From Gemmatimonas sp. (GTDB lineage: Bacteria > Gemmatimonadota > Gemmatimonadetes > Gemmatimonadales > Gemmatimonadaceae): a stretch of 64,000 nt of DNA. Of the stretch, positions 11,046 to 21,900 are shown piece after piece (the stretch's first letter is position 1; every line of letters begins with the position of its first letter). Where the stretch lies: contig OZ257156.1 of NCBI GenBank assembly GCA_965279375.1, positions 5,024,001 through 5,088,000 on the forward strand, in the 5' to 3' direction. A program made the translations under genes and the position numbers. Under the pieces are notes generated by a model, which was not told where the DNA came from, did no database searches, and saw nothing but the letters and a program-made list of their open reading frames with translations.

Positions 11046-11684
11046 ATGCAAAAGCTGCTTCGGCTGTTCCTTACGCTGGCCCTCTTCCTCCTGCCCGCCA
11101 CCGCGCGCGCGCAGTTCGTGGTCTACACGGACTTCGCGTCATTCATCGCGGCCACCACGGGACACCAGACGGATACGTTCGACGACCTCTTCCCGGGGGA
11201 CACACCCAATGGTCCCCTCGCTCGCAACTCGGGCGTGTACGGGTACAACGTGTCCGTCAACACGTCGTCGTTCTACGGCGCAGGGTCGATCGGCGACACG
11301 TGGCTCTCCGCCAACGTCTCCACCGACATCATGACGTTCAGCGGTTTCGATCCATCCGTACGCGGGATCGGTGGCTTCTTCTTTGGCACGGACGTGAACG
11401 GCGCGTTGGCGACGAACACCAACCTGTTCGTCACCGTCATGAGTTCGGCGGGTACGCACACGCAGACGCTGGTGAACCCGTCTGCTGGGAGTTTCTTCGG
11501 CATCGTCGCTAGCGGCAACATCTCATCGTTCTCGGTGCAGGTTGATACGCCGACCTCTGGCTTCGCCTGGCCCGCCGTGAACAACCTGACCGTCGCCGTC
11601 GTGCCGGAGCCGTCCACCTTCGCGCTCGTCGGCGCGGGTGCGGCAGTTCTCGTGCTGCTTGCACGTCGTCGCCGCAACGTGTAA
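11046..11684 (+). CDS. PEP-CTERM sorting domain protein
   Basis: Signal peptide (ARA-Q) and C-terminal VPEPSTFALVGAGAAVLVLLARRRRNV. Confidence 0.92.
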   Translation: MQKLLRLFLTLALFLLPATARAQFVVYTDFASFIAATTGHQTDTFDDLFPGDTPNGPLARNSGVYGYNVSVNTSSFYGAGSIGDTWLSANVSTDIMTFSGFDPSVRGIGGFFFGTDVNGALATNTNLFVTVMSSAGTHTQTLVNPSAGSFFGIVASGNISSFSVQVDTPTSGFAWPAVNNLTVAVVPEPSTFALVGAGAAVLVLLARRRRNV

Positions 11685-11935
11685 CACATGCGACGAATGC
11701 CCGGTGGCCGCTGTGCGCGGCCATCGGGCGCAGAGCCGAGACAACAAAGGGCCGCGCCGATTGATCTCCTCCATCAGTCAGTGCGGCTTCTTCGTTCCCG
11801 ATTGCGACAGGGCGCGGCAACATACCAAGTCGCTGGTGACGACTGACACGCGCCAACGAGGCTCTGCTTGCCGGAGAAGAAGCGACTCCGCCTCGCATGG
11901 CGTAACTGCACGATGAGAACATTCGACAATGTGCG

Positions 11936-14008
11936 CTACCGGAGGCGAAGGCTCCGTCTCGATCGCGCCGAACGCTGCCTGCCGGCCTCCGCGACCAATT
12001 CGATCCAGTACTCCCCCGACTTGAGCGTCGACAGGTCCAGCACGACACTCCGCGGACGAATGCCGACCTTCTCTGATGCGCCATCGACACGAGACGCCAT
12101 CATCGGCTCTGTCCACTGCACGGTGACCGACGACACCACGTCCAACAACTTGACTGCGGTTGCCATACGGCGGAGCAACCCCGGCGCACTCGCCGGAATC
12201 AGATTGATCGAGACGCGCAACGAGTCGCCCGCGCTCAAACCGTAGTTCTCCCAGTAGACGCCGACCGAACTTCCCGCACGCACCGTCGTTGTTGCGAGCA
12301 TCGCTTCTACCAACTCTTCCGCGTTGGCAGGCAGCACGCGATCCGCGCCAGAGGCAAACAGCACAGGCTGCGACACACCGATCGCGTCGCGCCCGAGACT
12401 GTCCAGCGGCAAGTCTGGCACGATACCGACACGCGCCTGCCCAATGAGCGGCAGCGACTCCGCCGAGCGTGCCAGCATCTCCACCTCCACGCCGAGCACC
12501 TCGCCGGGAATCGTCATCGTGCCGTCGGATACGAAGCGTCCATTCAGCGACGCGCGCGCGTCGGACACGATCTCACGAAGAACCCGCTGCGATTCCGCGA
12601 ACGACGTCGCTGTTGTCCGAACGCGCGCCGCAGAGTCGCGCAGACGGACGAGCACAGGGTCATCGACGCTCGTCCAGTCCAACGCCGTCAATACACGTAT
12701 GCCACCAACGCGCGGCAGAAATGCCATCTGTCCGGGCGCCGGCGCTTGCACGATCACCCGCGCCCGCTCGCGCATGTGCTCCTGCGGCCACCAGTAGCGC
12801 CCCTCGCCATCGCCCGTGGACCACGCGCCGGCGGGGCTGCGCAGCTGCCAGTCCTCCGCACGCGCACCCGATGGTGTGAGCACCGCGCTCCACGAGGGCG
12901 CGAAGTGCACCCGCCCCGACGAGTACTCTGCGGTGCTGTACGGCGACGCCGCCCGCCCACCACGTCCCACGTAGCTGTCGTGCCCTCCGTCGTCCGCCGT
13001 GCCAGTCCACATCGCCGCGGTTGGCCATCCGTATCGCACGAGCATCTCCGAGACGGCATCTCCCCCGCGGTTAACCAACCAGTGGTAGCGTTCATCCTCC
13101 GCAAGCGCGCTATGCAGCGCCAACATCACGCGACGAGCGTAGTGTTCAGCTCGTCGCTCGTTCGTCGCGTCGGACAACAGCGGGTCCGCCAGCCAGAAGA
13201 ATCGCGCTGCCGCCGAATCGCGCGCGGCACACGTCAGTTTCCGCACCGCCGCTCGCCCCGGCTCATCGAGCAGCGGGCCGATATCATTCCACTCGCAACG
13301 CATGGGCTCCGGCATCTGCGCAACCGCCGCCAACAACAGCGAGTCGGCGATGACGTCTGCCCGTCGATGTGCGACGTAGCCACGCAGCGCATCGCACCAC
13401 CAGCGCTCAACCTCACACGACGCGAGTGTGCGTAGTGCCCCGTCGTGGTCAGCGGCCTCGGTCCGAAAGCGCACGCGCTGCCCCAACAGCCAGCCGTCCG
13501 ACGGGGACTCACGTTGCAGCGTGTCCAGCCGAGCCAAGAGCTCCGCGCGCGACCGCGCAATCGCCGTTGCCCACCGTGGAATGAGGGCAGCATCGAGGCT
13601 GTCGCTCTCATCCGTATCGCTGGACGCTTCCCCGAGCATCCACGTTGGACACTTGGCAAAGTTTCCGCGCCCGCTGACGATCGGAGCATACGCTTCGCGA
13701 ATCATCTCCGGATACGCATCCGGGCGCGAGCTCGTGAGATTGGCCGCCGATTGCGGATGGCAATGCAGGTACCCGGCACGGATCCCCTTCGATATCGCAA
13801 AACGCGTCTGCTTGAATCGCTCGTCATCGCTTGCCTTCCACGCTGACTGCCATCGCGTGAGATACGCCACGATGCGCGACTCAGCGGTGCGCCTTACCGT
13901 GGCCGAGTCTTGCGCACGCACATCGATCGGACGTGTGAGGACGGCCGCGCAGATCGCCCACAGCAACGCTCCTATTCGCCCACGCGGTAGTCGTCGCGGT
14001 ATGGACAC
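11936..14008 (-). CDS. Hypothetical secreted protein (helical N-part, GWxTD-like VRYGWP motif, beta-rich C-terminus)
   Basis: 690-aa ORF with signal peptide (VRA-Q), starting 3 nt after the rlmN stop. Confidence 0.7.
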   Translation of the reverse strand: MSIPRRLPRGRIGALLWAICAAVLTRPIDVRAQDSATVRRTAESRIVAYLTRWQSAWKASDDERFKQTRFAISKGIRAGYLHCHPQSAANLTSSRPDAYPEMIREAYAPIVSGRGNFAKCPTWMLGEASSDTDESDSLDAALIPRWATAIARSRAELLARLDTLQRESPSDGWLLGQRVRFRTEAADHDGALRTLASCEVERWWCDALRGYVAHRRADVIADSLLLAAVAQMPEPMRCEWNDIGPLLDEPGRAAVRKLTCAARDSAAARFFWLADPLLSDATNERRAEHYARRVMLALHSALAEDERYHWLVNRGGDAVSEMLVRYGWPTAAMWTGTADDGGHDSYVGRGGRAASPYSTAEYSSGRVHFAPSWSAVLTPSGARAEDWQLRSPAGAWSTGDGEGRYWWPQEHMRERARVIVQAPAPGQMAFLPRVGGIRVLTALDWTSVDDPVLVRLRDSAARVRTTATSFAESQRVLREIVSDARASLNGRFVSDGTMTIPGEVLGVEVEMLARSAESLPLIGQARVGIVPDLPLDSLGRDAIGVSQPVLFASGADRVLPANAEELVEAMLATTTVRAGSSVGVYWENYGLSAGDSLRVSINLIPASAPGLLRRMATAVKLLDVVSSVTVQWTEPMMASRVDGASEKVGIRPRSVVLDLSTLKSGEYWIELVAEAGRQRSARSRRSLRLR

Positions 14009-14011
14009 GCC

Positions 14012-15097
14012 CTACCCGATCACCGCCAACTGTCCACACCCCGCCGCGATATCGATCCCTCGCCGCTGCCGCACCGTACTCGGCAGCGCAAACTCCTCCG
14101 CCAGAATCGACTGAAAGCGCTTGGCCGCATCGCTGCGCGTCGGCGCGCCGTCGTAGCCGGTGGTGGGATTGAGCGGAATGAGATTCACCTGCGCAGGTAG
14201 CCCACGCAGCAACTCGCCCACCGCGCGCGCGTGCTCTTCGCTGTCGTTCTTCCCTTCGATCAGCGTCCACTCGTAGAAGATCCGCCGCCCGGTCAGTTCG
14301 CTATACGTGCGACAAGCGGCCATGAGCTCGTCCAGTGGCCACTTCCGCGCGGCCGGAACCAGCGCGGCCCGCTCCGCCTGTGTGGCCGCATGCAACGACA
14401 CCGCGAGATGCATCGGCCGCTGTTCCTGAGCGAGTCGCAGAATACCGGGCACCACACCCACCGTGCTCAGCGTGATGCGTTCCGCCGCCAGCGATGGGCC
14501 GTGGGGATCACGCAGGATGTCGATGGCGTGCATGACAGCATCGTAGTTGTGCAACGGCTCACCCATCCCCATCAGCACCACATTGCGCAGTCGGGTGCCG
14601 AGTGCGTGGCGCGTCCCTCGCTTGGATGGGCCGGCTGGCGCCTCATGTCGCAGGACGCGCGCGACGTGTACCACCTGCGCGACGATCTCGCCTGGCGTCA
14701 GATGACGCGTGTAGCCCATCTGCCCCGTGGCGCAGAAGACGCACCCCATCGCACATCCCACCTGCGAACTCACGCACGCGGTCACGCGCCCCGTGAAGCG
14801 CATCAGCACCGTCTCGATACGCTCGGCATCGGGAAGCGAGAGCAGGTACTTGCGCGTGAAGCCATCGCTGGACGCGGTCTCGAGTGCGGTGGGAAGCACG
14901 CCTAGCGTCGTCTGTGCACGTAGCCGATCTGCAAGCTTCGGCAACAGCTCAGGCATCTCATCGAACGAAGACAACAGCTCGATGTACAGATACTTCCACA
15001 GTCGCTCCGCGTGCAGCGGCTTGATGTCCCATTGCACGAGCTGCTGCTGTAACTCGACGCGGGTCAGGCTGTAGAGGTTGATCGGCGGAGACGTCAT
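14012..15097 (-). CDS. rlmN: 23S rRNA (adenine(2503)-C2)-methyltransferase RlmN
   Basis: CVSSQVGCAMGCVFCATG (radical SAM), MGMGEPLHN, AVSLHA and DIAAGCGQL. Confidence 0.9.
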   Translation of the reverse strand: MTSPPINLYSLTRVELQQQLVQWDIKPLHAERLWKYLYIELLSSFDEMPELLPKLADRLRAQTTLGVLPTALETASSDGFTRKYLLSLPDAERIETVLMRFTGRVTACVSSQVGCAMGCVFCATGQMGYTRHLTPGEIVAQVVHVARVLRHEAPAGPSKRGTRHALGTRLRNVVLMGMGEPLHNYDAVMHAIDILRDPHGPSLAAERITLSTVGVVPGILRLAQEQRPMHLAVSLHAATQAERAALVPAARKWPLDELMAACRTYSELTGRRIFYEWTLIEGKNDSEEHARAVGELLRGLPAQVNLIPLNPTTGYDGAPTRSDAAKRFQSILAEEFALPSTVRQRRGIDIAAGCGQLAVIG

Positions 15098-15268
15098 CGT
15101 GAGGCGCTGAAGAGCACTGTAGAGCACTGAACATCCGCCGGGAAAATCTAGCGCCACCCGCGATGCACATGGCAACGAGAGGCGCCCCCGTCTTGGGTGC
15201 GCCTCTCGCATTCACTCATCAGGAGTGTTGTGCCACTGCTGGCTCAACGTCCTCACTACACTTCGGAC

Positions 15269-17206
15269 TTACGGCTTGAACACCCGCAGAATCATCGACG
15301 TCGTCCGCGTGGCCGCTCCCGCGCCCGTGGCTTCGATCGTGATCGGGTAGTCACCCTCAGCAACGGTCCCACCCACCGCAAACTGGATCACTCCCGTGGT
15401 ACCCGTGCCAATTCCGCTCTGAACGATCGCGGTCACCAGCGCCGGCTGACCACGAACGGTGAGGAAGACCTGACCCGTGTAGCCACCGTTGCGCGTGACA
15501 GTCACGGTGGCATCACCGGTGCGGATCTGACCGACCGAGAGAATGGCCGGCGTCACGGAGAGCTGAAAGCCGGCTGACGCCGACACGCGGAGCGTTGCAG
15601 TCGAACGCACCGATGCGATGCCGGTACCGCTTGCACGGACGCCCACCGTCACAGTCGACGGAGAAAGCGTGTCCGAGGTGATGATGCGCAATCGCGTGGT
15701 GTCGGTACCAGCCACGAGCGAATCGATGGCGAAGCGTCCGGTCACACCAGCAGGCAGGATGGAGTCGAGCGCGAGCCGCACCGTACCCGCAAATGGCGCC
15801 GTACGCGTCACGCGTACCAACGTACCCACGCTGTCACCCGCCACGAGCGATGCGGTATCAGGTACGAGCGAGATGGTCACGGAACCGGCAAATGCCACAC
15901 GCACCCGAATACTGCGACGCACCGAGGTCACTCCGGTGCCCGTCGCGCGTACGCCGATGGAGTACACGCCGACGGGTGTTCCCGCGGCCACAGCGACCTG
16001 CAGTACCGCAGAATCCGTCGTCGTCGGCGAGCCATTGAACGAGCCCGTCAATCCAGCCGGCTGTGAGTCCACGGCGAACGTGACCGTCCCCGTGTAGCCA
16101 TTCAGACGCGAGATGCGGAGCGTGCTGCTGGCCGAACTGCCCTGCACGATGGCCAGTGAGTCGGGGGTCGTCGTGAACGAAATCGCGGCCGGACGACGAA
16201 TGTTGACGACGATAGATGCGTTGGCCGAGGCCACACCGGTGCCGCGCGCGGTCAGTCGAACCGTACGTGTGCCTGTATCGGCGAGCGTTGGTGCCACGAT
16301 CGTCACACGCGCAGAGTCAGTTCCGGTCGGCAGCGATGCCGGCGAGACACGCACCGTCAACCCCGACGTCACCGTCGAGTCAGTCGCGATCGTGACCGCA
16401 CCAGCAAACGGCGCCGTGCGCGACACCACTACCGTAGTCGTGATGCTATCGCCCGGTGCAAGCGTCAGCGCAGTCGGCGTCGCGGAGAGCGAGATGCTGC
16501 CCGAGGCCGCGACAGTCAGGCGCAACGTCTTCGTTGAATCCGTCTGCCCCGCCACCGTGCTCCGCACGCGCAGCGGATACACGCCAGCCGCAACAGTGGA
16601 TGCGACGCCAAGCGTCAGTACCGTCGAGTCGCCAGCAACAGGCGAGACCGGCGCGAATGTCGCCGTCACACCGGCCGGCGGCGAATCCACCGCGAATGCC
16701 ACCGCGCCGGTGAATCCCGTTGTGCGCGCCAGACGCACGGTTACGCTACCAGACGCGCCCTGAGATACTCGAGCGGAATCCGGCGCAAGCGAAAACCCTG
16801 CACCCGACACCGTCGCTGCGGTGACGCTTACGGTGAGAGACTGCGTGACTGACTGGGCAGACCCACCGCTTGCGCGGATGATGAACGGCAGGCTTCCCGG
16901 CGCCTGCGATGACACGGCCGTCAGCAGCAACGTGGCCGTGTTCGTTCCAGAAGGAAGGGATGCCGGAGTGAACGTTGCGACGATACCTGCAGGAAGCCCT
17001 TCGGTGGTCAGCGCAATCGGGTCGGTAAAGCCGCTGCTGCGAGTGACCGTGATGGTCACCGTGCCGCCTGCACCACCAGCGCTGATGGTCGGTGTCGTCG
17101 ACGAGACCGCAAGCGCGATAGTCGGGAGCGGTTCAACTGGGTTGTCGTCGTTGGAGCAACCCGCCAGTAACGCGGTCGCGGCGAATGCGAGGATGAGTTT
17201 CTTCAT
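15269..17206 (-). CDS. Surface lipoprotein with about six Ig-like Thr/Ser/Val-rich repeats
   Basis: MKKLIL...LLAGC lipobox; ~100-aa repeats of the form TV.V.R..GF.G.V.L.V...P.G.T..F. Confidence 0.8.
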   Translation of the reverse strand: MKKLILAFAATALLAGCSNDDNPVEPLPTIALAVSSTTPTISAGGAGGTVTITVTRSSGFTDPIALTTEGLPAGIVATFTPASLPSGTNTATLLLTAVSSQAPGSLPFIIRASGGSAQSVTQSLTVSVTAATVSGAGFSLAPDSARVSQGASGSVTVRLARTTGFTGAVAFAVDSPPAGVTATFAPVSPVAGDSTVLTLGVASTVAAGVYPLRVRSTVAGQTDSTKTLRLTVAASGSISLSATPTALTLAPGDSITTTVVVSRTAPFAGAVTIATDSTVTSGLTVRVSPASLPTGTDSARVTIVAPTLADTGTRTVRLTARGTGVASANASIVVNIRRPAAISFTTTPDSLAIVQGSSASSTLRISRLNGYTGTVTFAVDSQPAGLTGSFNGSPTTTDSAVLQVAVAAGTPVGVYSIGVRATGTGVTSVRRSIRVRVAFAGSVTISLVPDTASLVAGDSVGTLVRVTRTAPFAGTVRLALDSILPAGVTGRFAIDSLVAGTDTTRLRIITSDTLSPSTVTVGVRASGTGIASVRSTATLRVSASAGFQLSVTPAILSVGQIRTGDATVTVTRNGGYTGQVFLTVRGQPALVTAIVQSGIGTGTTGVIQFAVGGTVAEGDYPITIEATGAGAATRTTSMILRVFKP

Positions 17207-17612
17207 TGGTGGCCGATGCAAGAGGTGAATGCAGCTCGGTGCCGCGTGCGATGTCATTTCGGCAACGCGCCCGCAGACGCTTACCAATGCACATGCAGTG
17301 CCGCATCCCTCTCGCTTCGTCACAGGAACAGAAATTTCACATCGGATTGAGTGCCATGAATCACTTCATGCTACGCAATCGCATCGACGTCATGTGTGTC
17401 GTGTGAAGTCGCGCACACTCGTCGGTCGTTCGCTCATGCATGACGTGCGCAGACTTCACATGAGTAGCCGCTGCGGCTGCGCACGCATTTCGTAATGCAA
17501 CTACGACATTCGCGTGAGATAGCGCACGCTGTCTTTGATAATGGACACGATGGCGCAACAGGTGTGGCTGCCCGACTGCACCGTAGGACACATTGGGGTT
17601 GGCGCTACCGCC

Positions 17613-18926
17613 CTAACGCAGCACCGTCGCGCGTTCAATGGCACCATGCTTCGGACTCTGCACGTGATGCATGTAGACGGAGCCATCCTTTCCGAAGCCA
17701 ACCAACGTGCGCCCCGGCGGCAGTTGCACGCGTTCAGTGATCTCACCCTGACGATTGACGACATCATATAGAAGCCCACCTTTCGCAGCCGCCGACGTAC
17801 TCGGCAGGATCCACACATTGCCGAGCGGATCGGCGCGCACCTGTCCCTGGCGGATGGCGGGATAGTAGTCGGGCAACTCATTCGCTTCGATGGTCATGCC
17901 CGGATCACGCGGAAACGTCGGCATGCCGGGTGTGGGCGGCGGTGGAGGCGGAAGCTTGGCCGCACGATCCGCGAGTTCCTTCTTCACCGAATCGATGAGC
18001 TTCTGCTTGTCCTCTACTTCCAGTCGCTTCCAGTCGAACGGCATCTTGGGCGACGACGACAACTTTCCGTCCGGTGTCAGCCAATCCATGTGATAGTCCT
18101 GCGCTCGCACGATGGCGATGGTCCCATCCGGCAACATGGTCCACTCATCACTCACAGGCAGCGGATTCAGCACATTGAAGTTCATCTGAAAATTGGGACC
18201 GGTGACGATCGCGTACTTGAGCAGCGGGACACGGATCATCCCGATCGTGTCCACGGTCCGCTTGTCGAAGTCTGCACGGAGAATGGGCCCGGAATCCGGC
18301 TGCACCCGAAGCGTTGTCTTGCTTGTGGCCTGGTAGCCATCGAAGGACTCGCGTTGGGACCGCACCGTTCGATACAGCATCCGCCCCTTCGGATCGGTCG
18401 CGGCCAACCCGTACGCACCGCTAGACAGATAGAACAGATCGTTCGCCTTGACTGGTGCCATCACGCGCGCAAAAAGGCCGAGCTGGTCGATCACGAGAAA
18501 TGCGCGCGACTCGCTGTCGACGAAGATGGAGGAGTCCGCTACGTATGGAATCAGTCCGCCGGCGCTCCCACGCAGTCCATAGCTATTGGGCGAATTGGTG
18601 GACGTGTCTGCGATGATCGTGTGTCGCGTGAGCGTGGAATCGAACACCACGAGCTGGCGGCGCGTGGCATCGTTGACGAGCACGCCGCCATTTGCCAGCG
18701 GACGCACGCTGGCGATGCCCATGAGAATGGTGGAGTCGCTCCGGGCAGTGTTGGTGAGCTGTCGTACTGGAATCTTCGCTGAGGTGACGGCTGCCGATGG
18801 TCCCGGCTGCGCACCGGCGACGGCTGCCATACCGCCGACCAACGTGACGGCCCTCGCGAGCGAGAAACGAACAGTCGCACTGAAAGCGGCCAACCAGCGA
18901 AGCGGCATAGTCTGAAGCATCAGCAT
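17613..18926 (-). CDS. Hypothetical secreted beta-propeller-like protein
   Basis: Signal-like N-terminus with GAGG Shine-Dalgarno; blade-like motifs (LPDGTIAIVR, ADPLGNVWI, YDVVNRQG). Confidence 0.7.
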   Translation of the reverse strand: MLMLQTMPLRWLAAFSATVRFSLARAVTLVGGMAAVAGAQPGPSAAVTSAKIPVRQLTNTARSDSTILMGIASVRPLANGGVLVNDATRRQLVVFDSTLTRHTIIADTSTNSPNSYGLRGSAGGLIPYVADSSIFVDSESRAFLVIDQLGLFARVMAPVKANDLFYLSSGAYGLAATDPKGRMLYRTVRSQRESFDGYQATSKTTLRVQPDSGPILRADFDKRTVDTIGMIRVPLLKYAIVTGPNFQMNFNVLNPLPVSDEWTMLPDGTIAIVRAQDYHMDWLTPDGKLSSSPKMPFDWKRLEVEDKQKLIDSVKKELADRAAKLPPPPPPTPGMPTFPRDPGMTIEANELPDYYPAIRQGQVRADPLGNVWILPSTSAAAKGGLLYDVVNRQGEITERVQLPPGRTLVGFGKDGSVYMHHVQSPKHGAIERATVLR

Positions 18927-18933
18927 GGTCGCC

Positions 18934-21900
18934 TCAGTAGAAGTAGAAGAATTCACCGCCCGACTGCCCCATGCGCATGAGCTCGAGATTGCGCGGCTCC
19001 AGCATGTTGCCGATGTACGACGGCAGCACCCGGATCTGTCCCTTGGTCAGCATTGCCTTGGCGCTTGGCGCCGCCTGCAGCAGGTAGCCGATCGCGGTCA
19101 TGCGTGCGGCAACCAGTCGTTGCTGCGCCGACGACCTGTCGTACTCCTTCGGGAGCGCCGCGAGATACTTCGCCGCAGGCGTCCAGAGCGAGTCCACCAG
19201 TCGCGTGTAGCGACGGCTCATAGTGGCCAGACTGTCTGCCTGCTTGCGGCTCAGATGCAGATCCGACTCGGCGGATAGCAGCATCGCCATCGGGTTGGGA
19301 AAGATGCCGGCAGAGTACTGGCGCACCTGCGGCTCGGTCATCTTGACTCCAGAGCGCGAACGCCCACGGTCGAGTGCGAGACGCAAATTCTGCCAGTCGC
19401 GCGTGGGGGCAAGGTCCACGGCCATCTGCATGGTGACCACGACTGGCGTGCGCGTCAGCATCTGCGTGGCGCGCGTTGAGCCGAATCGCTGATTGACTTC
19501 GTACTGATAGCGCTTGTTGCTCGCATCGAATCCGCGCAGGAACAGCAGCGACTGATCGAGCACCGGTGCCTGCCCCCAGCCACGCAGCTTGCTGTCACCG
19601 TGCAGCAGCAGATCGGCGGCACCGATCGGATTGGAAACGGTAAACGACAGCGTCGTGCGCTGCGGAAGGCGAATGCGTGCCGGATTGAGCTGAATGCGGA
19701 GCGTCGAATTGCCGGACGTCCATGGACCAACGCAGCTGTTGCGTGAGGCGAGCTGTCCGAGCTGCCGCCGCAGGCAGTCTTTCGCAGCGGATGAGCCCGT
19801 GTTCAGCAGCGACTGCATCGCGCTTGTCAGCACGGGATCGGCATTCTGCGCGGGATCGAAGACGAATGCGCGATCGTTGCTGCGACCGTCGCCGTTCACG
19901 TCTCCGGCGATCACCGGCGTGAAGCGACTGCCCGAGGTGAGGCGACCGTTCCAGCTCAGCGTGGCGAAGTTCCGGAAGTTGTACGACAGCGTGTAGCTGA
20001 TATCGTGTCGTGGGGCGGAGCCAGTCGTGTTGGCGATGCCAAATGGATCGCCGACGGTGCTCGTGAAGCCGCGGAACTGCTCGTTCACATTGAGATAGGC
20101 ATACTGCAGGTTCCAGCGAATCTTGGGCAGCGTGATCGTGAACGGTGCGAGCGTCACGCTCACCTGACGGGACTGTGAGTGCAGGTTCGACTGCTGCGAC
20201 GACACGACATTGAAGAGCGGTGACACGCGTGCATCACGTGATGCGATCAGACCGGAGCGTGGATCGATGCTGCCCGGCTGCACGAACACCGGACGCCCGC
20301 CTTCCGTGGCCAGCGTGAACTGTTGCTGTGGCCGGAAATTCAGATCGAGCGCGTCGGCCTGATTGAGGTTGTATGAATACGTGCCATTCACCTGAAGGCT
20401 GAACCGGTTGTCGAGCACGTTTCCGCTCCAGCTCAGATTGCCGCGCAGACTCTTTTCCTGCTTATAGTTGGGCGAGAAGAGCGTGACCGATGGCAGTCCG
20501 TTGGCGAAGACCGTTCCGCCGGTTCCGTTGGCGCATTGCGTCGGTACAGCGCCGGCATCAGCGCGCAGCACGTCCCAATCCACGATCGGCGTCGCCGAAC
20601 CGGTGCAGGTGAGCTGTTGTGCGGAGCCCGGCAGTCCTGTGTTGGCGATTGCACCCGTCACCAGATCAGGGCCGCGCATGTTCTGGAAGACACCAACTCC
20701 GCCGCGAATGGTCGCTCGCGGACCGGCAAAGAATCCGTCGCTGAAGGCGATTTGCGACGCTTTGCCGTAAAGCCATGAGAAGCCGACGCGCGGGCTGAAG
20801 TACAGTTTGTTGGGCACGTTCGTGTTGGCGATGCCGAACGTTTCGCGCACCAACGGGTTGTCGTTGGGCGTGCTGAGAAACCGGTTGCCATCCACTCGCA
20901 CGCCGTACTGCACCTGTATGTCCTGGCTCGGCCGCCACGCGTCACCCAGTGCGATTGCGCCAACCAACGCCGAGCCCGAGCGATTCACGGGGTTGAGCAC
21001 GCGCGAATATGACGACGGCTGCTCGGCCTCGAGATCGGCAAGCGACTGATACGTGTAGCGTCCTAGCAAGTTGAACGCTTGCTCGGTGGACGAACGATCG
21101 ACGCGCAGCTCGGTGATGAGCTTGATTCGATGGCGGTTGTTGCTGCTGAACCACGACAGCATGTTGCGCCCGGAGAGACTGGCGCTGCGGTTACTGCTCG
21201 CATTCGCGCTTCCACCAAAGGCCAGCGAACGCGCCGTGGCTGTCCCATCAGCCAGCGACGACGTGACCAACACGGTGCCGCCCGGGAGCGCGAGATAGGG
21301 ATCGCTCTGGAATCGCGAGCCGGAGAGACTCACCATCGACTCGGTCAGCACACCCGAACCGAAGTAGTTGGTGTGACGCAGCTGCGTGCCGCCACTCATG
21401 TTGCGCGACTCGGCGAGTGAAGCGGGCGTTTGCGAGGCCATCTGTGCGCCCTGCGGCCCAGCGGAACTGAACGATCCGTTGAACGCGATGTTGAACGCTT
21501 GCCCGCTGCTGGCGGACTTGGGTGCCCAATCGAAGGTGCCTAGCAGCGAGGCGGAGGTGCGCGGCGAGTTGTCCCCCAACGCGCTCGTGGTGGCTGGCAC
21601 ACCTAGCCGCCCGAGGATGGAGCGCAGTCGCGCAACGGAGTCCGCGGCAATGCCCGCGCTCTGGAAGACCACCGGCGTGCTCGAGATGAGCGTGGCCAGG
21701 TTCTGCGATCGACGGTCGAACTGAAAGGAGACGTTGTAGAAATCCTTGTCGAGGACGATCGGCCCCGAAGTCCGTCCACCGATCGAGATGTTGCTGTACT
21801 CCGATGCACGACCAACCCGGTCGTTCCACTGGGCCTGCGGCGCATTGAAGACGCCGCTGGCCGAGCGCGCGATGTAGTTGGTGCCGGACTGCGTGCCGAT

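Noticed and set aside
14012..15097. Cfr-type resistance methyltransferase
   Set aside because: Motifs and chromosomal context fit housekeeping RlmN; only a phylogeny could overturn this.
15108..15130. 10-bp repeat CAGTGCTCT(A/T) x2 upstream of rlmN
   Set aside because: Too short and too few copies to distinguish from chance slippage.
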